Shown here: in pieces, positions 52,030 through 64,000 of the stretch | How positions within the stretch are numbered: position 1 is the stretch's first letter | How the letters are laid out: each line of letters opens with the position of its first letter | Assembly (NCBI RefSeq): GCF_001194135.2 | Contig: NC_068991.1 | Span: forward strand, 46,401,765-46,465,764 | Length of the DNA: 64,000 nt | Reading direction: 5' to 3' | DNA from: Octopus bimaculoides | Lineage: Eukaryota | Notes under the pieces: model-generated | Seen by the model: the letters and a program-made list of their open reading frames with translations, nothing else | Databases searched by the model: none | What the model was told of the DNA's origin: nothing | Translations under genes and position numbers: made by a program

Positions 52030-53289
52030 AATATATATATACATATTAATATATATGTATATACACACATAAATAAATATATATATGCATGTATATGTAT
52101 ATATTTGCATACACACACACATATATATGCATGTATATATGCATGCATATATATATGCTTATAGGTATGTATTATGTATGTATGTGTATGTATGTATGCA
52201 CGTATCTATCTATGTATCTATGTAAGTATGCATCTATGTATGTATGTATGTTACTAGCATAAGTCATTGGTGACCTGACATGCAGTCATGTTGAACAGTT
52301 GAAACTTTGTTGACTAAATCGGTTCCCCCATCAGGCTTTTCCTGGTAAGGTTTTCTAGAAACCCAGCAAGACAAAACGCAGTAATTGTCTAAATGACAGA
52401 TGTACTCAACGTCAAGTCAACGATTATATAGCAATGGCGTAGAGATATAGAAATATATGTGACCATGAATGACCATGCCACAAGATGGCCTGGAAATGAT
52501 GGGTGTCGAGTTCTTGCTAGAACATGTCTTGGAGAAGGATACTTTGATGTATAACCTGAGCTATTTAGCTTCTTGCCCTCTTTGCCAACGCTGAGCCACC
52601 GAGAGTAAAGGTATTGTGTCTTAAAATCAGTGTAGTTCGCTGCATGATTTACTCCTTATATTCATTTTCACACACAGAACCTCTTGGAAAACACATTAAA
52701 GAAATAAATATGTATGTATGTATGCTTGTGTAGGTGTGTATGCGCATGCGTACGTGTGAGCATGTGTGTGTGAGTTTGTGTGTGAGTATGTATGTTTAGT
52801 AAAATCGATAGAATACACTGAATTTGCCGCGAGGAGAGGAAAATCGAACTTTTTGGAAGCAGTCCTTCCGAGGATAAGTGGAAAGGAGAGAAATCAATGA
52901 GTAGATGTAGATGTAGTAGTAAGTCACCTTCATCACTACTACAACCATTATCACCATCATTATCACCACACTACCACCACCATCACCATCATCATCAACA
53001 ACAACAACAACAACAAGGTCATTTTGTTGTCGAGTAGCGTGATTATCTCCGCTCGGTCTCTTACTCTCCGTCATTCACTTTCGTTACCTTACGAATTCTC
53101 TCTCATAATATTCTCCACCTATTCCATGCCGTACGTACATACATTTAAGTTTATCAAGCTGGCAGCAACTGACAAGGATCACAGAACCACGTGAAATTCA
53201 TATGTGAACAGGAAGTGGTAAGAGAAACTATGAAAGAAGGAAGAAGGAAACGGTAATGAAATGAGGTGAAGAAATCAAAATCGAGAGCG

Positions 53290-55490
53290 AGATGGAGCTC
53301 ATACTTCATATCGGTATTTACGGCATAAGAGCCAATGAAGATACACACACACTTTATCGTGGCGACGCTTGTATTCTTTTTGAGCAAGGCTCTCACATCC
53401 ACTTACCAAGTGTGTCACATTTTCCACCCTCTTTCCACAGAGTCCGCATTTCTTGGTGTCAGAAGTTTTATAGATGTTATACTTCACTTGGTAGCGAGAG
53501 CCTGGTCTTGTGCAGCAATGATCAGGCTTTCGGTAGTACGCTTTAAATCACCTCGCTCAATCCATGCCCACGATGCTGTATTATCCTTAACGTCCTGTGT
53601 ATTCCTTTCAAACTGTCCATGCGTTCTCATTTCAAGGTCTTCTTTTCTTTTCTCCTCAGCTCTTTGGTTAAACTCTTCCTTGCCCATCCTCTCATCTGCA
53701 TTTACACCCATATCTTTCGCGGCATATTGCATATTCATCACTATTCATCAAATACTCGGCAAGCCTTCTCTTTGCACTCCTTAAACGATGGTCTATACTA
53801 ATTAGTCCTCTGCTACCATCATTTTTTTTTTATACACAGTCTGTTTACGTTTGCTTTAGGGTTTAGCGCCCCATGAAGCGTCATCAACTTTCTCGTCCTT
53901 CTATCCAGTGTTGATATTTCCTCCTTAGTCCATTTGAGGTTGGACGAACTATATCTAACCACTGCAACTGCCCAGATATTCATTGTGGTAATCGAATGTT
54001 TGGTGTTCATGCTGGATTTCAACACCATCTTCACCCTGTTTTAATTCGCTTCGCTGATCTTGACTTTCATTTCTCTGTGTAGAATGTCATCCGGTTCCAA
54101 AATCCCCAAATATCTAGACCCACTACCGTCGAGTTCATCCATGGTCTCTCCTGATGGTAACCGCAATCCTCTGCAGGCTGCTTTCTTTCTTCTTTTCATA
54201 TTAAGTACTGAGCATTTGACAATCCTAAATTCCATACCGATGTCCCTACCACACTTCTGAACTGTTTTGGTTAAGAAATCTATTTGTTTTTCAGATTTCC
54301 CAAACAATTTCAGGTCATCCATAAACAGAAGATGGTTCAATGATGGGCCTTCCTTCTCACATCGGTAACCCATGTCATTGTTATGGGTATTAGTGCAATT
54401 ACAAATAGTAACGGAGTAAACGAGTCACCTTGGGAGAGTTCCCTTTTAATATCAATTTCTCCGAGGAATACAAACTGTCCACGCATTCTCATTTCAAGGT
54501 CTTCTTGAGTACAATTAGGTTGTCCACTCTTTCATGCTATGCATCAGAAAATTTGTGATGTTGTCAGCAACATCAAACATCTGCAGGCATTCAACGATCC
54601 AAGAATGAATGAGGCATCATATCATATGCCTTCTTAAAGTCAATCCAAGCCATAGACATGCTTGTATGATATATTTTACAATGCCTCAAAACTGTTTTAT
54701 CGATGACCAGATGATCCTTGGTACCCTGAGAACTCTTCCTACATCCTTTTTGATCCCTTGGTAGTATTTCTTCCTGTGCCAGGAAAGTGTGTGTCTTTGC
54801 GGCACATATTCCAGTGAGTATCTTCCAGATTATGTTTAGGCATTCTATGGGACGGTAGTTTCCTACAGTATTCCCCTTCTTTCTATCTTTCGTTACAAGT
54901 GCTGGCCTCCCAGTTACCATCCACGCGGGGATTGTACCTTTCTGAACACACTCATTCAATTGGGCTACTAGTCTTTCATGCACCACGTGGCATCTCTTCA
55001 GCCAGAAGCCATGAATCCCATCTGGTCCGGGGACTTTCCACTTAGGATCTTTACCCACTTGTTCTTTCACATCCCCTGTGCTTATGACAATATTCCTTTG
55101 TTTCTTTCCTCCTTGTAATTCTGTCTTGATAGTTACAATCCACATTGCATCTCTTTTATGCACCACATTGTTTCACATAATCCGCTCCAGAACTCCTTGA
55201 CTAGATTTGCATCAGGAGCAACATTTCTCCATTGTATCCTTCTAACGTTCGGAAGAATTGCTTCGGGGGTATTTTTGAACAATCTGTTCTCCTCGAACTA
55301 CTTATTTCTGTTCACAAATCTTCTGGCTTTTTGCCATGATCCTCTGTTTTAACTGCTCTATTACTGCATCAAACCCGTCCTTTTGTATTTTATATTTCTT
55401 CTCTAATTTTTCTTGGTCGGTCTTTTTCGCATTTTTCCAGTTTCCTCTTAACCATTGCTCAATTTTTCCAAGATCTTACCTCGCCTGCAT
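53290..55490 (-). mobile_element. 2.2-kb R4/Dong-like retrotransposon ORF remnant (N-terminal region, RT domains, thumb, CCHC knuckle); RLE missing
   Basis: WKVPGPDGIHGFWLK, NYRPI.CL..IWK, QKGCRK, WIDFKKAYD, HLLFMDDLKLF, YLGI, CGLCG..E.VTHLVSGC..LAQKEYKRRHD; multiple frameshifts. Confidence 0.93.
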
Positions 55491-55940
55491 TATGTCCCTT
55501 CTACCATGGAACTAAAAATTAGTTGAGAATGACCCCCTGGATTACCATTCATGCAGGGAGCGCAAAAAACGCTTAACGAATATTTGATAAATAGTGACGA
55601 AGATCTGCTGCAATATACCGGGACCCATATTATTATTGATAATTTTAAATGCTATAGGTAGAACGATGGTGGTAATGATAATCGCTGTGGTTATAGAGGC
55701 GACACAATGCAAGCACGTTATTTATATATGTATGTATATGTACATAGATGTGCACGTGTATATACAAATGAAGAGAGAAAGAGAGATAGGATCTCGATAA
55801 CAACTCTCGTAGGAACCCCACGAACGACTCATGAAATCATGATGGAACGCAACAAGGAAAGAATTAACGACGAGAATGAAGCTATAACCGATCATGGAGA
55901 AGGTTTCCCGTCCGGCACCTCCGAACCACATCATTTATTA

Positions 55941-56100
55941 TTAGCACGCCGGGCGAAATGTGTAGCGGCATTTCGTCTGTGTTTACGTTCTGAGTTCAAA
56001 TCCCGCCGAGGTCAACTTTGCCTTTTATCGTTTCGGGGACGATAAAATGAGTACCAGTCCAGCACTGATGTCATTTTAGGCCTTGTGCCTATAGTAGAGA
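55941..56100 (+). mobile_element. SINE family A
   Basis: ttagcacgccgggcgaaatg...gagttcaaatcccgccgaggtc...ggccttgtgcctatagtaga. Confidence 0.85.
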
Positions 56101-56139
56101 TGATTATTACCATTACTATTGTTGCTGTTGTTGTTGATG

Positions 56140-57385
56140 TTTTACTTCTCAGAGCGCTCGGTCTTGTTTGCTCTGATTGATTCGGTAAAAGCAGACAGCA
56201 GTCTGTTGTCAGAGGTTTCACAGTGTCTCTTTCCGCACGTTATAAGTTTTGATAATTGCTTGTTAATTATCGTGGGAAACATTCAACACTCAAGTACCAA
56301 TCTCAAAATCCTAGCTGTTTCCAGCAGAGCAGTTGGTGGGGGTTTGCTCTGCTCTCGTGTCAATTCCACTTTCTCTGACTTTATTACTATTATTATTATT
56401 ATTATTTTACTTCTCTGAATGGTCGGTCTTGTTTGTTCTGGTAGATTCTATGAGAGCAGACTGCAGCCTGCTGTCAGAGATCTCACCGGGTCGCTTTCTG
56501 CGCATTATAATCTCTGATAATTAATCGGTTGTTAATTAACATGGAAGATATTCAACACCCAAGTACCAATCTCATAATCCTAGCTGTCCCCAGCAGAGCA
56601 GTTTTGGGGGCTTGCTCTGCTCTCATGTCAATTCCGATTTCTCTGACATATTTCTCGAACTTGGTTGTTAGGGCTCCGAGTGCCCCTACAACGACTGAAA
56701 TGACAGACACTCTCCTCATAGCCCACATTCTTGTAATTTCATCTTTTAGCAGTCTGTACTTTTCCGTCTTCTCTAGTTCTTTGTCACGCATGCGCGCATC
56801 TCCAGATATTGCAATATCTATAATCTTGGCTTCCTTTTTGCCTTTATTTACCACAACAATATCTGTTCTCTGAGCATCGATTAGGGAGTCACATTGGATT
56901 GTAAAATCTACAGTATCTTTTATTCATTGTTCTCGGTGACTCCTTCTGGTTCATGTTCGTACCATTTCCGTGCCCTGTCCAGGCCGTACTTTTCACATAG
57001 TCTCCAGTGGACAAACTTATCCACGTTACCGTGCCTCCTTTTGTTGTACTTTTAGCCAGCTTGCTACACTCACTCACAATATGTGAGATTGTTTCGTTTT
57101 TGCTGCCACACATCCAACAAAGGGCTGATTCACTAATCTTATCTATTTGGAATTTGGTGTAGTTCTCAGAACTTGTTCCTGGGCGCTGTATATCAACGCC
57201 TCGGTGCATCCTTTCAGATCACTTTCTCTTAGCCATCTCCAAGTATTAGTCTTGTCTTTCCCTTCGACTTCTCTGAGATATTGTCCATCAGTGATTTCAT
57301 TTTCCAATTGTTTATCCTTTCTTCTTCATCTTGTTTCTTAAATGTTTGTGGGTGCATCACAATTTCGGTAGGTATTGTAATGTTA
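56140..57385 (-). mobile_element. Two tandem R4/Dong-like 3' fragments, family F4 (56140-56380 and 56405-57385), separated by (TAT)n
   Basis: CWMCGSKNETISHIVSECSKLA, DIAISGD...KYRLLKDEITRMW..VVVGALG...KTALLGTARIMRLVLGC*; the 3' UTR is repeated. Confidence 0.9.
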
Positions 57386-57426
57386 ATTCTAACAATTATT
57401 CTAACAATTATTATTATTATTATTGT

Positions 57427-58130
57427 TCAGTAGTTTTATTTTTATAACGTGCTTTCACTTCACTACCGAGCGCAGCTCTGTGCGCCTTGGGTATGTGCTG
57501 TAGTTTGCTGTGGTGCTCTTATGTTTACTGTATTGAAAGTGTTTTGCGTAGAATGTGTGCAGTACCCAGTAGTGCAATTTTCTGTATGTTATATATATTT
57601 GTAAGTCCTGGTATTTTTGTTATGTATTTGTCTGAATATTTTTTTATTATACCTAAGGCACCTACTATGATAGGAATTGTTTCTGTTTTTAGATTCCACA
57701 TTCGAGTTATCTCTATTTCCAGGTCTTTGTATNNNNNNNNNNNNNNNNNNNNNNNNNNNNNNNNNNNNNNNNNNNNNNNNNNNNNNNNNNNNNNNNNNNN
57801 NNNNNNNNNNNNNNNNNNNNNNNNNNNNNNNNNNNNNNNNNNNNNNNNNNNNNNNNNNNNNNNNNNNNNNNNNNNNNNNNNNNNNNNNNNNNNNNNNNNN
57901 NNNNNNNNNNNNNNNNNNNNNNNNNNNNNNNNNNNNNNNNNNNNNNNNNNNNNNNNNNNNNNNNNNNNNNNNNNNNNNNNNNNNNNNNNNNNNNNNNNNN
58001 NTGTTGTTATTCCATAGTGTTGGCATAGCTTCCAGTGTATATAGGTCCCAGCTCTGTCGTGTCTGTGAATATATTCCTTCTTAGCCAGGACTGGGCAGCC
58101 AGAGATAATATGATTTATTGTTTCTTGTCG
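57427..58130 (-). mobile_element. 5'-truncated R4/Dong-like LINE, family F2, flanked by (TAT)n on both sides (contains a gap)
   Basis: QETINHIISGCPVLAKKEYIHRHDRAGTYIHWKLC at the 5' end; F2 3' UTR; repeats at 57407-57424 and 58131-58190. Confidence 0.9.
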
Positions 58131-58189
<59 letters not shown>

Positions 58190-58196
58190 CATCATT

Positions 58197-58540
58197 GAGG
58201 CAGAATCATTAGCACGCTGGACAAAATGCTTAGCGGTATTTCACCCGTCGCTACGTTCTGAGTTCAAATTCTACTGAGGTCGACTTTCCCTTTCAACTTT
58301 TGAGGGTCGATAAACTAAGTACCAGCTGAGTACTGTGGTCGATGCAATCGACTATCCCCTCCACCAAATTTCAGGCTTTTTGCCTATAGTAGAATGGTTG
58401 TTTATTATCATTATTATTATTATCATTATTATTAGTCAGGCTAGCAGAATCGCCGATTAAATAAGTACAAGTTGGATACTGGGGTCAATTTAATTGGCTT
58501 AACCTCTCCTCCGAAACTGCTGGCCTTGTACCAGAATTTG

Positions 58541-58545
<5 letters not shown>
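58197..58545 (+). mobile_element. Two SINE family A copies (58197-58395 with an ATT tail; 58440-58545, deleted, with a (GCA)n tail)
   Basis: ggcagaatc A box, gagttcaaattc B box, ggccttgt tail. Confidence 0.8.
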
Positions 58546-58583
<38 letters not shown>

Positions 58584-58780
58584 TAATATTATTACTATAG
58601 TCGCTAATTTGATAATTACGAGGCATAAAGAAAGATGAATGGATGACACAAGGAAAAGTCGGAAGGAGAAACCCTAAAAACTAGGACAGAGCTAAAAAGA
58701 AAAAGAGAGGCAAAGAGAGACCGTCAGTCAGGGAGACAAGCAGACAAATAGACAGATAGAGACAGAGGGAGAGAGAGAGA

Positions 58781-58860
58781 CACACATGATATGAAACTGA
58801 AAGTGAAAGTAAGAGAGAGACGCACATGATATGAAACTGAAAGTGAAAGTAAGAGAGAGA
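58781..58860. repeat. 40-bp tandem duplication (2 copies, 1 mismatch)
   Basis: c(a/g)cacatgatatgaaactgaaagtgaaagtaagagagaga twice. Confidence 0.95.
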
Positions 58861-59400
58861 CCGATTGATGAATAAATAAATAGATATATAAATAAGTATA
58901 GTTAAAGATCTTAGTGTATTCTTTATTGAGCGAACAGTTTTTTAGTTAACATCAAGATAAGACGGTCGCCACCTCATCCAAATTAGATCTTCGAGATGGA
59001 GACAAAGCGGCATTTAACAGTGGCATGTGAAAAAGATAAAATAGATAATTGCTTTCCGGCACGAAGAAAATAAAGACAGAAATGATAATATTCACCCACC
59101 CACCNNNNNNNNNNNNNNNNNNNNNNNNNNNNNNNNNNNNNNNNNNNNNNNNNNNNNNNNNNNNNNNNNNNNNNNNNNNNNNNNNNNNNNNNNNNNNNNN
59201 NNNNNNNNNNNNNNNNNNNNNNNNNNNNNNNNNNNNNNNNNNNNNNNNNNNNNNNNNNNNNNNNNNNNNNNNNNNNNNNNNNNNNNNNNNNNNNNNNNNN
59301 NNNNNNNNNNNNNNNNNNNNNNNNNNNNNNNNNNNNNNNNNNNNNNNNNNNNNNNNNNNNNNNNNNNNNNNNNNNNNNNNNNNNNNNNNNNNNNNNNNNN

Positions 59401-59459
<59 letters not shown>

Positions 59460-59694
59460 CATGCACACTCGCACGCACATAACCCAATGGAAGACAGTAC
59501 ATGAAAATTACATCTTTGAGGTGGAGAGATGCATTTGTATGTATGTGTATGTCTGTATTGCATGCAATGCGTATGTGAGTGTGGGTGAGTGTTTNNNNNN
59601 NNNNNNNNNNNNNNNNNNNNNNNNNNNNNNNNNNNNNNNNNNNNNNNNNNNNNNNNNNNNNNNNNNNNNNNNNNNNNNNNNNNNNNNNNNNNNN

Positions 59695-59733
<39 letters not shown>

Positions 59734-60464
59734 GAAGTGGAAGAAAAGAAAAACGAGGACTTTTATGTTCTTAACACTCATTCACCATTTATTTTTCAGA
59801 CGAAATGAACCCACATTATGTTATTCGGTGTAATCTGTTCCTTTTGTATTAAGTTTGTATGATTTGAAGACACTTTGACTGTTATTTCTAAAGAGGTACC
59901 TAGATACTTGGATACTTTGAGAACTACGGGGGGGNNNNNNNNNNNNNNNNNNNNNNNNNNNNNNNNNNNNNNNNNNNNNNNNNNNNNNNNNNNNNNNNNN
60001 NNNNNNNNNNNNNNNNNNNNNNNNNNNNNNNNNNNNNNNNNNNNNNNNNNNNNNNNNNNNNNNNNNNNNNNNNNNNNNNNNNNNNNNNNNNNNNNNNNNN
60101 NNNNNNNNNNNNNNNNNNNNNNNNNNNNNNNNNNNNNNNNNNNNNNNNNNNNNNNNNNNNNNNNNNNNNNNNNNNNNNNNNNNNNNNNNNNNNNNNNNNN
60201 NNNNNNNNNNNNNNNNNNNNNNNNNNNNNNNNNNNNNNNNNNNNNNNNNNNNNNNNNNNNNNNNNNNNNNNNNNNNNNNNNNNNNNNNNNNNNNNNNNNN
60301 NNNNNNNNNNNNNNNNNNNNNNNNNNNNNNNNNNNNNNNNNNNNNNNNNNNNNNNNNNNNNNNNNNNNNNNNNNNNNNNNNNNNNNNNNNNNNNNNACTT
60401 AATCCCTTTGTCTGTCCTTGTTTGTCCCCTCTATGTTTAGCCCCTTGTGGGCAATAAAGAAATA

Positions 60465-60896
60465 AGAAACGTTAGCACGCCGGGCGAAATGGTTAGCTGT
60501 ATTTCGTCTTACGTTCTAAGTTCAAATTCTACTGAGGTCGACTTTGCTTTCATCCTTTTGGGGTCGATAAATTAAGTACCAGTTGCGCACTGGGGTCGAT
60601 CTAATCGACTGGCCCCTTCCCCAAAAACTTCGGGCCTTGTGCCTAGAGTAGAATAGAATATTTCCCAATTCCAGCCGATTCCGTCTCCATATGCTTAGCG
60701 GTATTTCGTCTGTCTTTAGTTCTGAGTTCAAATTCTGCCACGGTCGATTTTGCCTTTCATCCTTTCGGGGTCGATATATTAAGTAGCAGTTGCCTACTGG
60801 GTTCGATCTGATCGACTGGCCCCCTGCCCCAAAATTTGGGCCTTGCGCCTAGAGTAGAAAAGAATATTTCCCAATTCCAGCCGATTCCGTCTCCAT
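60465..60896 (+). mobile_element. Two tandem SINE family A copies, each followed by an identical 36-bp flank
   Basis: agaatatttcccaattccagccgattccgtctccat at 60655-60690 and 60861-60896. Confidence 0.9.
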
Positions 60897-61726
60897 TTAT
60901 TTTTCTATTTATTTACTTATTTATTTATTTTCTTCTTTTTGATATTTTTGGACTGCGGCCATGATCAGGAAAAGGTTTTCAGGCTGTTAATATTGTATTT
61001 TCGCTTGCTTTCCATTTTTTTGCCATTATATCGACCACCAAGTAGTTTGGTAATTATTTATCGATCCTTATGGAATGGTTAAGTCCACCTAAATGCAAAG
61101 GGGTGCAATAAATGCAATACAGGCGGAATAAATGCAATTAAGTATATTTAATCAATGTGCTTATTTACTGGCAATCCTTTCTCGATACGCACATACATCT
61201 GCGTATATATGTGCAGGAATACGTATGTATGCATGTATGTATGTATGTATGTAGGCAGATAGGTAGGCAGAGAGGTAGGTAGGTAGGCAGGTAGGTAGGT
61301 AGGTAGGTAGGTACGTACGTAGGTAGGTCTCAGTACCAACTCGTGGCACCATGGTCATGTATTTTCTACGATAGCCCCAGTGGTCCAATATCGTTTAAGC
61401 GAATTTGTTGAGTGAAATTATGCAGAAACTTACCGGGGCAAATGGTTTCAGATTCAAAACAATCTTTCCTGTCTTCAATCCTAACCATTAAACAACTAAC
61501 TGAATTCCGTTCGCTTCGAGTTAAGTTAGTTGAAAGACCCTAAACGAAGCTGCACTGAAAATTATGCCCTATTACATACACAACTGCCCATGCTCTGTGC
61601 AGAAGAAACACGTGTAGGTCGTCCTAACCATAAAAAACATGCTGTATAACACTGTAAAATAAAAAATAAATGTTGAGGTTGTACCAGTCTCCATATCTTC
61701 TATAGTCATAATTATTGCCTATATAT

Positions 61727-62253
61727 ATTCTTTCTTTTACTTGTTTCAGTTATTTGATCGTGGGCATGCTGGAGCACCACCTTTTAGTTGAATCAAATCG
61801 ACCCCAGGACTTATACTTTGTATGCCTAGTACTTACTTTATCGGTCTCTTTTGTATATATGTGTATGTGTGTGTGTGTAAATGTATATGTATGTTGTGTA
61901 TCTGTGTTTGTCTCCCCAACATCGCTTGACAACCGATGCTGGTGTGTTTAGGTAGGTAGGCAGGTAGGTAGGTAGGTAGGTAGGTACGTAGGTAGGTCTC
62001 AGTACCAACTCGTGGCACCATAATTTCACTCAACAAATTCGCTTAAACGATATTGGACCACTGGGGCTATCGTAGAAAATACATGACCATGGTGCTACGA
62101 GTTGGTACTGAGACCTACCTACGTACCTACCTACCTACCTACCTACCTGCCTACCTACCTAAACACACCAGCATCGGTTGTCAAGCGATGTTGGGGAGAC
62201 AAACACAGATACACAACATACATATACATTTACACACACACACATACACATAT
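61727..62253. repeat. Rearranged SINE B carrying a 165-bp-arm inverted repeat and an inverted copy of 61273-61421
   Basis: 61857-62021 is complementary to 62089-62253 with one mismatch; 62020-62160 is the reverse complement of 61273-61421. Confidence 0.9.
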
Positions 62254-62689
62254 NNNNNNNNNNNNNNNNNNNNNNNNNNNNNNNNNNNNNNNNNNNNNNN
62301 NNNNNNNNNNNNNNNNNNNNNNNNNNNNNNNNNNNNNNNNNNNNNNNNNNNNNNNNNNNNNNNNNNNNNNNNNNNNNNNNNNNNNNNNNNNNNNNNNNNN
62401 NNNNNNNNNNNNNNNNNNNNNNNNNNNNNNNNNNNNNNNNNNNNNNNNNNNNNNNNNNNNNNNNNNNNNNNNNNNNNNNNNNNNNNNNNNNNNNNNNNNN
62501 NNNNNNNNNNNNNNNNNNNNNNNNNNNNNNNNNNNNNNNNNNNNNNNNNNNNNNNNNNNNNNNNNNNNNNNNNNNNNNNNNNNNNNNNNNNNNNNNNNNN
62601 NNNNNNNNNNNNNNNNNNNNNNNNNNNNNNNNNNNNNNNNNNNNNNNNNNNNNNNNNNNNNNNNNNATATATACATATATATATATATA

Positions 62690-62876
62690 GGGAGAATTCA
62701 CAAAAAAAACAAAAGACGAAGACAGGTGGTGTAGAAAACAAACAGATATATTAGTATAACGCTCAGGAATTGAAAAAAGTATTTAACGTTTCGAGCCTAC
62801 GCTCTTCCACAGAAAGGAACACAGAAAGAAACAAGGAGAGAAAAAACAATGTGTGTAGTGGTTAGCGATCTATCAT
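62690..62876 (-). mobile_element. Penelope-like terminal repeat (family H2) with a hammerhead-like motif at 62780-62817
   Basis: Reverse complement CUUU-CUGUGGA-A-GAGC-GUAG-GCUC-GAAAC-GUU-AAA; flanks homologous to 13180-13374. Confidence 0.6.
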
Positions 62877-63964
62877 ATACATACGGATAATCAGACTGTT
62901 TACAGTTGTACAAGTGTTTCAGTACAACATACTTAGACATACGTATAAGTATGTTTCGGTACAACATACTTAAACATATATGCGCACGCGTATTTATTTT
63001 GTCACATGGTGTTGAAATTGTGTTGGTGCTTGATCGTCAACAAGTGAAAGGTTTTAGCGTGTTTGCAACCCTCTCAACCTCCTTTTACATTATTATTTAT
63101 TGTAACACTATGAATGTATTTTCCCCAATGGCATTATTATCATGCAGCAACTTCTGATCTATCTACATATCTATCTATCTTTCCTTCTTTTTTTATACCT
63201 ACTTTCTATTGCTTCATCTGTCAACGTACTTCCCTAATATATTCTCTTAATACTTATCTTTCTACCTTTTTTTCTCTATTATTTCTACCTTTCTTACACT
63301 GTTCACATCGATACATCTTATTCTCCTTATATCCTTCTGCTCATCCTTCTAGCTTTATATCTATATGTCCATTAATCTCTCTTTCTGCATATTCTTCGCT
63401 TCGTTTCTTCACTTCCTGTCTTGTTTTGTCTCTGCGATAACCCTTCCTCTCTCACACTTTCTGTTTTCCTCTCAACTCGCCTGCACTTTTTTGCTCTCTC
63501 TCCTCCAATAAGGCACTGCAAGGCCTCCCTCTTCCTGTTTTTCACGCTACTTAATCTTTCTTTGAACTGACCACTGGACTAGTTAACCGCTTCCTTTTTC
63601 CAACTTTGAGCTTATCTACATTTTTCGTTTTGTTTTATCTCGAGGCCAAAAGGCACATTATCTTTCCTATTAGTATTCCTTCTCACAACTTGCCTCAAAA
63701 CTTGTCGCTAAGTCAAAAGACATACGCTTACATACACGCATACGTATTTGTTTCGTTTTGTATTTTCCTTCATTCACCTCAGAACTCGTCTTCATCGTTC
63801 GGTTTAAGCTTTCTTTTTTTGCTTGTTTGTTTGTTTGCTTTTTTTTTTCTATTACTGCCCTTGTCTTTAAGAATTTTGATCGAGATATACAAATGAACGG
63901 AACGGTCAAGGTTGAAATGCTTTTGATCAAAGTTTTGGTCAATCAATGCCAAACAATAGCAACA

Positions 63965-64000
<36 letters not shown>

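Noticed and set aside
58781-61421. CRISPR-like arrays or prokaryotic systems
   Set aside because: No repeat-spacer periodicity or operon-like coding density; the sequence is eukaryotic repeat DNA.

Overview
AT-rich, repeat-saturated eukaryotic genomic DNA with about 18 N-gaps, mostly next to microsatellites. The repeat profile (tRNA-derived SINEs, TA/TG/TAGA/TAA microsatellites, R4/Dong-like LINEs) suggests a cephalopod, probably Octopus; this is inference. No intact protein-coding gene is recognisable, and nearly all long ORFs in the track are microsatellite or gap artefacts. The window is probably intergenic or intronic, with one plausible 72-nt minus-strand exon (35105-35176). Supported content: (1) many fragments of R4/Dong-like RLE non-LTR retrotransposons, usually abutting (TAA)n; (2) Penelope-like (PLE) RT and GIY-YIG remnants with minimal type-I hammerhead-like motifs of two designs; (3) three Tc1/mariner-superfamily elements (DD37D maT-like fragment, full-length 1.3-kb rosa-like copy, deleted mariner) and a Chapaev3-like end; (4) at least three tRNA-SINE families with modular head/tail exchange; (5) local duplications and hairpins. 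The most interesting signals are the hammerhead-like motifs and the repeated tail-to-tail pairing of a SINE with Dong-like LINEs through shared (TAA)n tracts. All alignments and translations were done by eye, so many coordinates are approximate.
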